This document shows, one piece after another, positions 9,142 to 19,966 of a stretch of DNA of 64,000 nucleotides. Source of the DNA: Candidatus Latescibacterota bacterium (GTDB taxonomy: Bacteria > Latescibacterota > UBA2968 > UBA8231); NCBI GenBank assembly GCA_965261395.1, contig OZ253462.1, positions 2,208,001-2,272,000 of the forward strand, given 5' to 3'. The stretch's first letter is position 1. Each line of letters begins with the position of its first letter. The notes below the pieces were generated by a model. The model had not been told where the DNA came from. It ran no database searches and was given only the letters and a program-made list of their open reading frames with translations. The position numbers and the translations under genes are program-made.

Positions 9142-10776
9142 ATGAACGGCAACCAAGCCATTGCCCACATCCTCAAGGCCGAAGGCGTCGCGTGGCTGTC
9201 GGCTTTTCCCGCCCAGTCGCTGATTGACGAGGCGGCACGCGCTGGTATCCGGCCCATTATCTGCCGCCAGGAGCGGACGGGCGTCAACATGGCCGACGGC
9301 TTTAGCCGCACGACCAATGGCCGCCCCTTTGGCGTCTTTACCATGCAGACCGGGCCGGGGGCTGAAAACGCCCTTGGTGGCGCGGCCCAGGCCTACGCTG
9401 ATTCCATTCCCCTGCTGCTCTTGCCCGGCGGCGCGCCCACGGCCCGCACGCAAGTGCCGCCCAACTTCGACGCGGTGGATAACTATCGCGGCATCACCAA
9501 ATGGGCCGCGAACATCAACCGCGTCGAGCGCATTCCCGAGCTGATGCGCCGCGCCTTTAGCCAACTCGCCCACGGCCGCCCCGGGCCAGTGCTGGTGGAA
9601 ATCCCCAGCGACTTGGCCACCGCCGAATTTCCCGGTGATCTCGACTATCAACCGGTCAAAGCCTACAAGTCGGGGGCCGACCCTGACGTGGTGCGCGAGT
9701 TGGTCGCCGCGCTGGTCAAGGCCGAATGCCCGGTCATCAACGCCGGGCACGGCGTGATGTGGGCCGAAGCCACGGACCAGCTCGTGGCCCTTGCCGAGCT
9801 GCTCAATGTGCCCGTTATGACCACCTTGGCCGGTAAGAGCGCGTTTCCCGAGAACCATGCGCTCGCGCTGGGCACCGGCGGCCACACCGGCACGCTGATG
9901 GTCGATCGCTTCTTGCAAAAGACCGACTTCGTCTTGGGCGTGGGCACCAGCTTTACCATCTCGGTCTTCAATGCTCCCATGCCCGACCGCGCCGTCTTGG
10001 CACAGGTGACCAACTGCGCGGAGGATCTCAACAAGGACTACCGGATCGATTTGGGGGCCATCGGCGATGCGCGGATCGTGCTGGAGCAGATCATCGAGGA
10101 AGTCCGCCGGCAGCTCGGGACCGACGGGCGAGGAGACGGCGGAGTTGCGGCCGAGATCGCAGCCATCCGCGCTGAGTTCAACACCGCATGGGCACCGAGA
10201 TTTCGCTCGGACGAGGTGCCGATAAACCCCTACCGGGTCTTCGCCGAACTCGCTCGCGCCGTGGATGTGCCCAACACCATCATCACCCACGACTCGGGCT
10301 ATCCCCGCGATCAGCTCGTGCCGTTCTGGCGGCCCCAAGTCCCCAGAGGATACATCGGCTGGGGCAAATCGACCCAGCTCGGCTACGGCTTGGGCTTGGC
10401 CTTGGGGGCCAAGTTGGCCGCGCCGGACAAGCAGGTCATCAACGTCATGGGCGATGCGGCTTTTGGCATGGCGGGCCTCGACATTGAGACTGCGGTGCGC
10501 GCAGAAATTCCCATTCTCACGGTGGTGCTCAACAACGGTGTAATGACCCACTACGACCAGCACATGCCCTACGCCAGCGAGCACTGGCAGAGCAACCAAC
10601 TCGGCGGTCACTACGCGCAGGTAGCCGAGGCCCTCGGTGCCCACGCCGAGCGCGTTGAGGCACCCCCGGACTTGGCCCCGGCCATCCAACGCGCACTCGC
10701 GGCCAATCTCGAAGGTCGAGCCGCTCTGTTGGAGGTGATGACCAAGGCGGAAGAAAACGTCGCCAAATTTTGGTAA
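9142..10776 (+). CDS. Thiamine-pyrophosphate-dependent enzyme (acetolactate-synthase-like)
   Basis: RQERTGVNMADG, TGPGAEN, GRPGPVLVEIP and the TPP-binding motif GDAAFGM...VLNNG. Confidence 0.9.
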   Translation: MNGNQAIAHILKAEGVAWLSAFPAQSLIDEAARAGIRPIICRQERTGVNMADGFSRTTNGRPFGVFTMQTGPGAENALGGAAQAYADSIPLLLLPGGAPTARTQVPPNFDAVDNYRGITKWAANINRVERIPELMRRAFSQLAHGRPGPVLVEIPSDLATAEFPGDLDYQPVKAYKSGADPDVVRELVAALVKAECPVINAGHGVMWAEATDQLVALAELLNVPVMTTLAGKSAFPENHALALGTGGHTGTLMVDRFLQKTDFVLGVGTSFTISVFNAPMPDRAVLAQVTNCAEDLNKDYRIDLGAIGDARIVLEQIIEEVRRQLGTDGRGDGGVAAEIAAIRAEFNTAWAPRFRSDEVPINPYRVFAELARAVDVPNTIITHDSGYPRDQLVPFWRPQVPRGYIGWGKSTQLGYGLGLALGAKLAAPDKQVINVMGDAAFGMAGLDIETAVRAEIPILTVVLNNGVMTHYDQHMPYASEHWQSNQLGGHYAQVAEALGAHAERVEAPPDLAPAIQRALAANLEGRAALLEVMTKAEENVAKFW

Positions 10777-10787
10777 AGGAGGAGCAA

Positions 10788-11870
10788 ATGGACCAGTACA
10801 AAGCCGTTCTCATCGGTTGCAGTCGCATGGGCGCTTTCATCGACAACGAAGTCCCGCCCGATATGCGCCCGTACTCCCACGCCGCCGGATACGAGGCTTG
10901 TGAGCGCACGGACCTCGTCGCCTGCTCGGATCTGCGCGTCGATGTAATGGAAAGGGTCGGCGCGCGCTACGGCATCCCCGCGGACAAGCAGTACACCGAC
11001 TACCGCGAAATGCTCGCCCGCGAAAAGCCGGACATCGTCAGCGTCGCCACTCAGCCCGAGCACCGCGCCGAGATCGTCATCGCGGCAACCGAAGCGGGTG
11101 CCCGTGCGATCTACGCGGAAAAGGCGTTCTCGGCTTCGCTGGAGGAAGCCGACCGCATGGTCGAAGCCTGCCAGCGCCACAATGTCGCACTCAACATGGG
11201 CACCAATCGCCGCTTTCACCCCGGCTACGACCAAATGAAGGCCGTCATCGACTCCGGGGAAATCGGCGCGTTGCAAACCCTCATCATCCACCTAACGAGT
11301 TCGCTCTTCAACGGTGCCAGCCACAGCTTTGACCTGCTCCAGCGCCTCAATTCCGACGCCCCCGCTGCTTGGGTGCAAGCGCATTTGCCCAATGGCGATG
11401 AGATTATCGACGGCGATATCCTGCGCGAGGATCCGGTCGGGCACGGCATCATCCAGTTCGCCAACGGCGTCACCGCGTACGCGCTCAATTCGGGTCGGGG
11501 TTTGGAAGTGGAGGCCGTCTGCGAAAAAGGTGTGGTGACGGCACTGGGCAATGATAAAGAGTGGCAGCTACGGGCACCGGTAGCACACGATCACCGGGGC
11601 CGCGATAAATTGGGCTTGGTGGAATTCCCTTCTTTCGAGCACCGGGCTTCGACGCTTTGCTTGGTCGAGGATTTGGTCCACTCACTCGATACGGGCGCTC
11701 CGCCGCGCGGCGGTGCGGAGCTGGCGCGGGCTAATACCGAGCTAATTTTCGCGTTTGTGGAGTCTCACCAGCGCGGCGGTGCTCGCGTAGAGTTGCCGCT
11801 GGCCGGGAGCGCCTATCGGTTGGAGCGGGACCGCGCGCCGAGGCAGCCTAAGTACGAGGCGGACGCTTAG
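10788..11870 (+). CDS. Gfo/Idh/MocA family oxidoreductase
   Basis: IGCSRMG, PDIVSVAT..H and IYAEKA. AGGAGG RBS before ATG 10788. Confidence 0.88.
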   Translation: MDQYKAVLIGCSRMGAFIDNEVPPDMRPYSHAAGYEACERTDLVACSDLRVDVMERVGARYGIPADKQYTDYREMLAREKPDIVSVATQPEHRAEIVIAATEAGARAIYAEKAFSASLEEADRMVEACQRHNVALNMGTNRRFHPGYDQMKAVIDSGEIGALQTLIIHLTSSLFNGASHSFDLLQRLNSDAPAAWVQAHLPNGDEIIDGDILREDPVGHGIIQFANGVTAYALNSGRGLEVEAVCEKGVVTALGNDKEWQLRAPVAHDHRGRDKLGLVEFPSFEHRASTLCLVEDLVHSLDTGAPPRGGAELARANTELIFAFVESHQRGGARVELPLAGSAYRLERDRAPRQPKYEADA

Positions 11871-11899
11871 GTGCAGGGCAGCTAGGTCCGTCCTCAGAA

Positions 11900-12098
11900 C
11901 ATTTAACACGTCCTCGATGGATGCAAAAACCGGAATGTCCAGCCCGTATTCCGCCCACCGCTCCTGATTCTGCTGAATCACTGCGGGATCGGCATCGTAC
12001 ATCCCCACTAGTTCCACCTCGCCCGGCCTTGCCGCCGCCTCCCGCACGTGCATGGCCGCGTGCCTGTGCCAAGCGCCTAGGAATGCAAACTTCAACAT
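11900..12098 (-). pseudogene. N-terminal remnant of a Gfo/Idh/MocA oxidoreductase
   Basis: AAGGAG RBS, then MLKFAFLGAWHRHAAMHVREAAARPGEVELVGMYDAD...VFASIEDVL, after which homology stops and the frame runs antisense into the neighbouring gene. Confidence 0.7.
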
Positions 12099-12112
12099 GC
12101 TCTTGTTTCTCC

Positions 12113-13381
12113 TTACCAAGTACCCACAAATTCGTCCACGCCAAAGCCCTCGGGCATCTCATTGTTAAAGGTGCGCAACGGCCGGGATTCGAAGTTCGGC
12201 GGGTCGGCGGCGGGCCGAAGGCTCGCGTATATGTCGCTGTAATGTTGGTGGACGCGGGCCTCGGCTTGCTGCAATCGCTCGTTGAGCGCGGCCAAGCGGC
12301 TTTGCAGGGCCTCGGCTTCGGCGGCGGTAAAGCGCTGCGCCATATCCTCGGAGTAGGATGCGGGCGGTGAGCCATCGATCAGCGGCTTGCGCTCTTGCAC
12401 GGACATCTGGGCGATCTCCGGCCGGTGCAGAAAGACGACCTTGTTGGCGATCCGGCACAACAGTACCACGCTTACCATGCGGCCGAACTCTCCTCGGTGC
12501 AGCTCGGCCAAGCAAGTGCGGAATTTTGGCTCGTCGCGGGCAATCAGCGTGCGGAAGGTTGCCTCAATCTGGTCCTGCTCCCGATCGTAGCACTCGGCCC
12601 AATGGGCAAAGCGAGCCTTGGTCTCGGGCGAGGCGTGTTGCAGGAAGCCATCGGCGTGATACCAGTCGAGATGGTGGTGATACGAGAAAATCTGGCTGCC
12701 GAAGGAGCGAAAGCCTAGGTGGATGGTGCGGCGCAGCCGGCTGGTGTACTGGCTGCCCCAGTGCATCATCAAGTTGGGATAGACGATCCCGTCGCCGGGC
12801 TGTAGCTCGATGGGGATTCCGCCTTCTAGCGGCACTTTTGGGTCCAGCATGAGCTGCCGCCGCTGCCCTTCGTTGGTGGGTTGCTTGTGACTCTCGGGCA
12901 GGATCCAGAATACGTCGTCTTCGTAGAGCGCGATGTTCCACTGCACATATCCTGGGGCATTGGCCATGAGATCCGCTTGCATGCCGCTGAGTGGTGCCTG
13001 CTCAGCCGAGCTGGCGTCGCGGTGCCAATCCGTGTATCCATAATCGATCAGCCCGCTGCACAGCGCACCAAAGGCAGTAAGGGCCGTCACCGGAGCCTGC
13101 ATGAGCTGGGCGCTGACGCCAAAGGTCGTCTCGCCGAGGCAAAAGTCGATGACATCGGCGGTCTCGGCATCAATCGAATTCATGGTCAGTCGCGGTTGGG
13201 CGCTTTCGTACCAAGCACCGCCGAGCGGGTCGCCGGGTTGGCGTGCGGCCGCCGAGCGCGCCTTTTCACGGTCCACCATCCACTCGATGGCGAGCCGCAT
13301 CGCGTCCAACCGCTCGGGCGGCACGACGTTGCGCAGGATCAGGTAGCCTTCGCCGCGGAATTGTTGCAGATCGACGTGCAT
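12113..13381 (-). CDS. Phytanoyl-CoA dioxygenase (PhyH) family protein with C-terminal extension
   Basis: QFRGEGYLILRNVV, HxD in WHRD, WILPESHK, LQPGDGIVY..MMHWG..RRTI. Confidence 0.85.
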   Translation of the reverse strand: MHVDLQQFRGEGYLILRNVVPPERLDAMRLAIEWMVDREKARSAAARQPGDPLGGAWYESAQPRLTMNSIDAETADVIDFCLGETTFGVSAQLMQAPVTALTAFGALCSGLIDYGYTDWHRDASSAEQAPLSGMQADLMANAPGYVQWNIALYEDDVFWILPESHKQPTNEGQRRQLMLDPKVPLEGGIPIELQPGDGIVYPNLMMHWGSQYTSRLRRTIHLGFRSFGSQIFSYHHHLDWYHADGFLQHASPETKARFAHWAECYDREQDQIEATFRTLIARDEPKFRTCLAELHRGEFGRMVSVVLLCRIANKVVFLHRPEIAQMSVQERKPLIDGSPPASYSEDMAQRFTAAEAEALQSRLAALNERLQQAEARVHQHYSDIYASLRPAADPPNFESRPLRTFNNEMPEGFGVDEFVGTW

Positions 13382-13407
13382 GACGCTCTCCTATCGTTGG
13401 GAGGCCG

Positions 13408-14805
13408 CTAGCTGCGAGCGGCTCGTTCGATCAAAAGCCGATCCTGCTGGCTTTGCCGCACCTGCGCCTCCAAGGCGACCGGGTCCCACTCGGACAATAG
13501 TCGCTCTTGGAGGTCGGCTAAGATGGCCGCGTGGGCTGGATGGTCCGCTAGGTCGTCGAACTCGTTGGGGTCGGCCTCTACGTCGTATAGCTGGGGTGGA
13601 TCCCCCAAGCTGTAGTGGAGCTTGTAGCGGCCGCGCCGCAGCATGGCCGTGGGCCCCGCCACGCCGTGGGCTAGGTATTCGGAAAATGCTTCGTCCTTCC
13701 AGCCCGCGTCTTGCCCTTGTAGCAATCCCAATAGACTATCGCCGTCCAGCGGTCCTGTGCTGGGCGCGTCGGCCACATCGACAATGGTCGCCACCAGATC
13801 CACTAGCGAGACCACTTCGCCGATGTGCTGACCGGCGGGAATCTGCCCAGGATAGACCATTTGCAGCGGCACCTTGGCGGACGCCTCGTACATGCTCGAC
13901 TTCCGCCACATGCCGTGCTCGCCGTTCATTTCTCCGTGATCGCTGAAATTCACGATGAGCGTATTGTCGCGCTGTCCGGTCTCTTCTAAGGCGGCGAGCA
14001 GGCGGCCGATCTTCTCGTCGAGATAGGTAATCAGCCCATAGTAGCCGGCGCGTGCGCAGCGCACCTGTTCTGCGGGGAAATCGACTGCCCCGAACATCGC
14101 CCGCATCCGCTGGTGGACGGGGTGCTGGCTTTCGAGGTGGCCGGGGGGAATTTCCGGCATGTCGATTTGGTCGAGGGGATAGAGATTAAAAAACCGCTCG
14201 GGCACTACGAGCGGAAAATGCGGCGCAATAAATGAGACATTTAGTGCCCAAGGCTGCTCCTTGCGGGCCGGGTCGCGCAGGTAGGCCAACGCCTGCTGTT
14301 CCACCAGATCATCGACTTCGATCTCTTGGGTCGTCCCCGGCCCGGCCTCGGCCACGCCGCCCCAGGGCTTGTCGGCTGGTGGCGTGCCCTTGCTCCAGTC
14401 GGGCGTGCCGCGCGGGATGCCATCTTTGGTCCACAGCTCGGCGTGCAAATCGCGTGCTAGCTGGGCGCGGAAGCCGTGTAGCTGATCGGGGCCGCAAAAG
14501 TGCTGCTTGCCCGACAGCACCACATCGTAGCCAGCGGCGCGCAGCCGATGGGCCCAAGTGACCGCATCCGACGGCAGGGGGCTGGCATTGTCAAAGGCCC
14601 CGATCTGGCCGATGTAGCGGCCGGTCATAAACGACATCCGCGACGGCAGGCAGAGCGGCGAGTTGCAATAGGCGTTGTCAAAGGTCGCACCCTCGGCGGC
14701 CAATTGATCCATAAAGGGCGTCTGCACGAGCGGATGCCCATAGGGGCCGCTGTACATGGGCGCGTGCTCGTCGGTCATAATGAGCAGTATGTTGGGACGA
14801 TTCAC
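13408..14805 (-). CDS. Choline-sulfatase-like sulfatase
   Basis: PNILLIMTDEH, formylglycine motif CLPSR, GKQH, SDHGEMNGEHGMWRK. Confidence 0.9.
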   Translation of the reverse strand: MNRPNILLIMTDEHAPMYSGPYGHPLVQTPFMDQLAAEGATFDNAYCNSPLCLPSRMSFMTGRYIGQIGAFDNASPLPSDAVTWAHRLRAAGYDVVLSGKQHFCGPDQLHGFRAQLARDLHAELWTKDGIPRGTPDWSKGTPPADKPWGGVAEAGPGTTQEIEVDDLVEQQALAYLRDPARKEQPWALNVSFIAPHFPLVVPERFFNLYPLDQIDMPEIPPGHLESQHPVHQRMRAMFGAVDFPAEQVRCARAGYYGLITYLDEKIGRLLAALEETGQRDNTLIVNFSDHGEMNGEHGMWRKSSMYEASAKVPLQMVYPGQIPAGQHIGEVVSLVDLVATIVDVADAPSTGPLDGDSLLGLLQGQDAGWKDEAFSEYLAHGVAGPTAMLRRGRYKLHYSLGDPPQLYDVEADPNEFDDLADHPAHAAILADLQERLLSEWDPVALEAQVRQSQQDRLLIERAARS

Positions 14806-14881
14806 GGGTTGCTCCTAGTTTGTGGGCGTGAAGAATCGCGGGCCAAGATAAGTCAAACAAATCTCGTCAACCAGCCGCCGC

Positions 14882-15310
14882 TCAGCCATCACCCCGCACG
14901 CCCAAGCCGTGGACATAGACTAATTCGCTACCGCAGTAGCCCGTCCACAAGACCAAGCCGCCGATCAGGACGCCGAGGGCGATCCACGCATAGAGCGGCC
15001 ATCCCGCAAGCCGTCCCTTGAGATGCAAGGGCAAGCGCCCGAGGACGGCTCCCAACCCCAATAGCAAGGTCCAAGTAGCGAGGGATTCGTGCGTGGCTAA
15101 CGGCTCAGCGGCCGGCCCATCCCAAGCCTTGTCCGCGGCCGCGTTGCCACTGAGCACGGCGGCCGTCGCCGCGAGTACACCCAACACCAGCAAGCCGTAC
15201 GCTAGATGGTGCCCGGCGCGGCGACCCAGCCACAGTGCGCCTAGATCGCACAGTGGACTCAGCGACAAGAGCGCGACGGGGTAGTGGACGATGAAGGGAT
15301 GCCAATCCAT
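14882..15310 (-). CDS. DUF2231-like membrane protein
   Basis: HPFIVHYPVAL N-terminus, four TM segments, TGYCGSELVYVHGLGV C-terminus. Confidence 0.8.
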   Translation of the reverse strand: MDWHPFIVHYPVALLSLSPLCDLGALWLGRRAGHHLAYGLLVLGVLAATAAVLSGNAAADKAWDGPAAEPLATHESLATWTLLLGLGAVLGRLPLHLKGRLAGWPLYAWIALGVLIGGLVLWTGYCGSELVYVHGLGVRGDG

Positions 15311-15360
15311 ATTGTTAATGAAGCTTGGGAACGCGATACCTCAAACCGGAGCAATGCCCC

Positions 15361-16659
15361 ATGGCCACGGACTTGTGCCAACACATCGCCGACACGCTGC
15401 TAATCGACACGCACGAACATCTGCGCAAGGAGCGCGATTGGGTCGAGAATGGCCCGGACATTTTGCAAGACCTTTTTGGCAACTACGTGCCCGCCGACCT
15501 GATCGCCGCCGGGGCCACTCCCGCAGACTTGCACAAGCTCAACGACGCCTCCGACCCAGACTTTGGCGCGCGCTTTGACGGCATCCGCGCGGCCTTTGCG
15601 GCCATCCGCTTCACCGGCTACGGCGAGGCCGTGCGCATTCTCGCACACGAAGTTTATGGCATGGCCGATTTTAGCGGCGACGAGCTGGACAAGGCGCAAG
15701 AAAAGCTCACTGCTTGGCGTCAACCCGGCGGGCGGCACGAACTGCTCAGCCAGATAGGCCGGCTGGACCACGTGCAGACCGACGACTTCTCTTGGCCCTG
15801 CACGCCCGACGAGTCCGGCGTGGACTTTTTCCTCTACGACTTGTCGTGGGCCGCCTTTTGCAACGGCCAAATTGACGCCGAGGCCATTGAGGGAGAAACC
15901 GGCGTGGCCGTCACCGACTTGGCTAGCCTCAAGCAGGGCATGGAAGCTATCTTCGACCAGCACGGCCCCCATGCCATAGCGGTCAAAGCCCAGCATGCGT
16001 ACAACCGCACACTGCGCTGGGAAGAGCGCGCCGACGCCGACGCCGAGCGCGTGCTCCAACGCCTGCTCCAGGGCACAGAGCTCGACGAGCCGAGCCGGTT
16101 GCTGTTGGGCGACTGGTGCTGGGCGCGGGGCACCGAGTTGGCGATCGAATACGAGCTGCCGTTCAAGATCCACACTGGCTACTACGCTGGCAACGACCGC
16201 ATGCCCGTTGACCGCATCAAAAGCGGCAACCTCTGCCCCTTGCTGGCCCGCTACCTCGATTGCCGCTTTGTACTGATGCACATTGCCTATCCCTATTCCA
16301 ACGAATTGGTCGCGCTGACCAAGCACTACCGCAACGTGTACGCCGACCTCTGCTGGGCGTGGTCCATTGATCCGTACAGCGCGTGCGACTTTGTGCGCCG
16401 CTTTATCCACGCCGCTCCTGCGTCCAAGCTCTTTGCCTTTGGCGGCGATACCGGCTGGCCGACCAGCTCGGTGGCCTACGCGATTCAGGCGCGCCGCTGG
16501 CTCACCCGTGCCCTCCAAGGCGAGATAGACGACGGCCTGCTGACCGAGGCCGAAGCTATAGAACTAGCGACCCGCTTTATGCGCGGCAACCAAGAGGCCT
16601 GTTTCGATTTGGCTGGGACGCGGCAGGCGCTACGCGAGACGGTTTCAGCGGCTGGCTAG
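15361..16659 (+). CDS. Amidohydrolase family protein
   Basis: LIDTHEH, FKIHTG, FVLMHIAYPY, FAFGGD. Confidence 0.85.
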   Translation: MATDLCQHIADTLLIDTHEHLRKERDWVENGPDILQDLFGNYVPADLIAAGATPADLHKLNDASDPDFGARFDGIRAAFAAIRFTGYGEAVRILAHEVYGMADFSGDELDKAQEKLTAWRQPGGRHELLSQIGRLDHVQTDDFSWPCTPDESGVDFFLYDLSWAAFCNGQIDAEAIEGETGVAVTDLASLKQGMEAIFDQHGPHAIAVKAQHAYNRTLRWEERADADAERVLQRLLQGTELDEPSRLLLGDWCWARGTELAIEYELPFKIHTGYYAGNDRMPVDRIKSGNLCPLLARYLDCRFVLMHIAYPYSNELVALTKHYRNVYADLCWAWSIDPYSACDFVRRFIHAAPASKLFAFGGDTGWPTSSVAYAIQARRWLTRALQGEIDDGLLTEAEAIELATRFMRGNQEACFDLAGTRQALRETVSAAG

Positions 16660-16665
16660 GGTTCG

Positions 16666-19472
16666 TTAACGAGGCGGCACTTTATTCATTACCCTCCGCC
16701 TCCTCTTCCGCTTCCCTGTCGCTTCCGCCGCTAGCGGTGCTTGCGACTGCTCGTAAAGCGTAAAGAGATGCTCTACGCGCTCTCGCTCCGAGGCGAAGCG
16801 TGCGCGGCGATAGAGGCCGTCCACAGCGCGGTCGAGGGCTGAGTGCGCTCGACGCAAATCGGGCGGCATCGCGTCTGGGTCGTAGAGATCGGCGAGCGTA
16901 GCGTCAGGATGGTTGGCGCGGGCGGCGAGGACGGCGTCGGCATGGGGAGCGAGGCGTTCTAGGTCTTTCTCGGAAACAAGTGGGAGAGGGAAGGTGTTAT
17001 AGACGACGCCTATGGAATAGCGGTAGTCGCTTTTGAGCCGCCCGCCGAAATGTCGCATCCACGCCATGTGCATAGCCGAGGTGAGTAGGGCGAACGTCGG
17101 CTTGGTTGCATTGACGAGGACGCGGACGAGGTTACTTGGAACGACCGGAGGTTCTAGCCAGCCTATGGGCACATATTCGCGCCGTTCGGAACTCACTTCC
17201 GGGATGACCAAGAACGGGGCATCGGGGATGACGTTGACGTGGTAAAGCGTTGGTGTTTCCGCCAGCTTGCGAGTTGGTGCGCTTTTGCTTTGTCGCCGAA
17301 AGGCGCGTACAGCCCGCACACGCTCGTGTAGGGCCGGTGCCTGCCGCAGCAGGTCGGGCGGTGCCTCGCCGAGCCACAGAATCCAACGCTCGCCACCGTT
17401 GAGGTATTCCCAAGCACCAATGAACGGGCGAACATAAGGCGCAGCCTTTGGGCACTCCGCTAACAACGCATCGCGCTCGTCCGCATCTAAGATGTAATGG
17501 CCGCCATCAATCGGCTTCGACCCAATGATGAGCTTCGCCAGCCCATTGATCGGCTGACTCTCCGTGCCCACGACCAAATGCGGATTGGCCAGCCCGCCGC
17601 CGTCGAACAGATAAGGCGTGATTGCCGCGAAGCTAGCTTCCTCCGGCTCGCCGTTGATGTCGGGATAGGCAAACAGCCGCTTTTCCTTGCGTGCCGTTTC
17701 CCGTTTGTCCAGTCCGATAATCACCACGTGAACATGCGCCTTGCCGCGTGCATCCGAACCCCAAGCAAACGTGGGTGAGCAAAGGCAATGTCGAGGCGGC
17801 AGCGGTTGAACAAGACCGGCCAAAGCTGCGCCACCTGCTCGCCCTGCGTAATGGAATTGGTGGCCACGAACCCAATGCGCGGATTGCCTTTCTGCGCGTA
17901 CTCGCCAGCGCGTATGAACCAAGCTGCCACGTAATCAAGGGTGCCGCCGCTGCCGCCAAGCGCAGCGACCTGTTGTACCTGCTTCCGTTGATCGGAGGAC
18001 TGGAGCTTCGCGCCCACAAATGGCGGATTCCCGAATACATACGAACATTCCGCTGGCGGCAGCAGTTCGGCCCAGTCCATTGTTAGCGCGTCCGCGTTGT
18101 GGATGTGCGGCGACTTCTCAATCGGGATACGCGCATAGGTCTGGCCGAACTCTAAGCTCAGCCGGTTGTTCATAATGTGGTCCATCATCCACAGCGCGGT
18201 CTCGGCGATGCGCGCTGGAAACTCGCTAATCTCGATGCCATAGAACTGATCAACGTTGACTACGGAAAGCAACTCGGCGAATGCAGAAAGCTGGCCGGAT
18301 GGGTGCAACTCGCGCAACACCTCGATCTCAAGCTGCCGCAGCTCGCGGTACGCGATGATGAGGAAGTTTCCGCAGCCGCACGCCGGGTCGAGAAACGTCA
18401 ACTGACCTAGTTTTTGTTGGAAAGTGTATAGATCGGGGATGCGGCGGTTGTCGCGCCGGGTCTTCAGGCGTGCAAACTCGGCCCGCAGGTCGTCTAAAAA
18501 CAGCGGCTCAATCACCTTGCGGATGTTCTGCTCGGTGGTATAGTGGGCACCCTGGGCGCGGCGCTCGGCTGGCTCCATCACCGATTGGAACAGCGCGCCG
18601 AAGATGGCCGGGGAAATCGCGGTCCAGTCGAACAAGCAAGCGTCAATGAGGCTCTGACGCATTTCGGCGTCGAAATCGGGGATGCGAAGCGGTTCGGCGA
18701 ACAACTCGCCATTGACATACGGGAAGCGCGCCAAGTCCTCGTCTAGCTTGGTTTGCCGCCGCTCCTCCGGCGTGTTCAAGACTTGAAACAGTCGCGCTAG
18801 ATAGGGGCCGAGGTCGCTGCCGTCGGGTGAGGTGCGCTCCTCAATGAACTGCAAGAAGATGTCGCGCGGCTCGAAGATGCCGGTGTCGTCGGCAAACAAG
18901 CAAAACACCATGCGCACGAGGAAAAGCTCCAAGTCGTGGCCGTCGTAGCCAGACTCAGCGAGCGCATCGTGCAGGCGAGCAATGCGCTCGGACGCCTCGA
19001 TGTTGACCGGGTCTTGGTCGCGGAATGTGCGCCGCTGCACCCCGATGATGAAGCCGAACTTTTCGACGTACTGCGGCAGGTCGGCGAGGGCAAAGCGCGT
19101 CTCCTCGCGCTCATCTCGGTCGAGCAGTTCAAAGGTCTGAAAGTCGCAGAGCAGTTGGTAGCGGGGGCGGTCGCGCTCAGGCAGTGCATCGAAATAGGTA
19201 CCGGCCTGTTTACGTGCGGCGGTAAGGTCGCGGCCCGCGCTCTTTTGCTCGACCAGCAACACGCCCGGCCAGAACAGGTCAATGAAGCCGTGCGAGTTGT
19301 CCAAACGGCGAACGTGCTCCTCATAGCGCGCAACCGTGCGGCGACGCACGCCGAAGATCTCAAAAAACTCGTTGTAGAAGCTTTGGGTCTCGCCGCTCTC
19401 ATAGGTCGCGTTGGCCCACTCCGAGGCGAATTGGGCGGCGCGGGAGCGGATTTCGTTCCATGAAAGGCGCAT
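16666..19472 (-). pseudogene. MmeI/YeeA-like type IIL restriction-modification enzyme split by one frameshift
   Basis: Nuclease motif FIDLFWPGVLLVEQK, GAHYT, motif I LDPACGCGNF, motif IV GNPPF and a C-terminal TRD (GGRLKSDYRYS, LADLYDP..MP). Frameshift near 17774 where AH-R-TFAW reads cac cc acg. Confidence 0.88.
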
Positions 19473-19546
19473 GGCGATGGGTTCTACGCTGGCTTGCTAC
19501 TGAAATAGTTGCGTCTTTGCGACGAGCGAAGACGGCGAGTTCCCTG

Positions 19547-19663
19547 CTAGGAATGGCGGATACATTGCGAACAGATTATCCACGCTAAGATTCTTCCCGA
19601 CGCCGCTTGCTGTCTATAAAAAAGATACAGTAGCGGTGACGTGTTGCTGATGAACTCAGACAT
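19547..19663 (-). pseudogene. Truncated DUF3368/PIN-domain toxin remnant
   Basis: ATG overlaps the end of the UPF0175 gene and reads MSEFISNTSPLLYL (typical DUF3368 start), then diverges and stops at 38 aa. Confidence 0.7.
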
Positions 19664-19907
19664 GCTTGCGTTCTAGGTCGTTCAACTCCGTCTCAAGTGG
19701 AAAGACCTTGTAGCGATCAAGCGTCAACAGAAATTCTACGCGCGCCATCCCGGCAAGCTCCGCAGCTCGCCCAGACGAAAGACGGCCAAGCTCGTAGAGC
19801 TTGACTGCGGCTAGCATACGGAGTTCACGTGCAAAGGCGCGCTCGTCGGTCTTCGCGGCCAGCAGTACGCTCTCTGGAACATCGATTGCGATTTTCCGCG
19901 TTGCCAT
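19656..19907 (-). CDS. UPF0175 family putative antitoxin
   Basis: AAVKLYELGRLSSGRAAELAGMARVEFL signature. GAGGAG RBS before ATG 19907. Confidence 0.88.
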   Translation of the reverse strand: MATRKIAIDVPESVLLAAKTDERAFARELRMLAAVKLYELGRLSSGRAAELAGMARVEFLLTLDRYKVFPLETELNDLERKHV

Positions 19908-19966
19908 TCTCCTCGCCCTTTTGATCACCTGAGTAGCGAACTATGAGATAGCGTTATAGCAACGCC

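Noticed and set aside
9094-10689. 531-aa minus-strand ORF
   Set aside because: Antisense shadow of the TPP enzyme, typical of high-GC codon bias, with no motifs. The same applies to 15400-16518, 8034-9227, 5995-6747, 20714-21511 and most short ORFs in the track.
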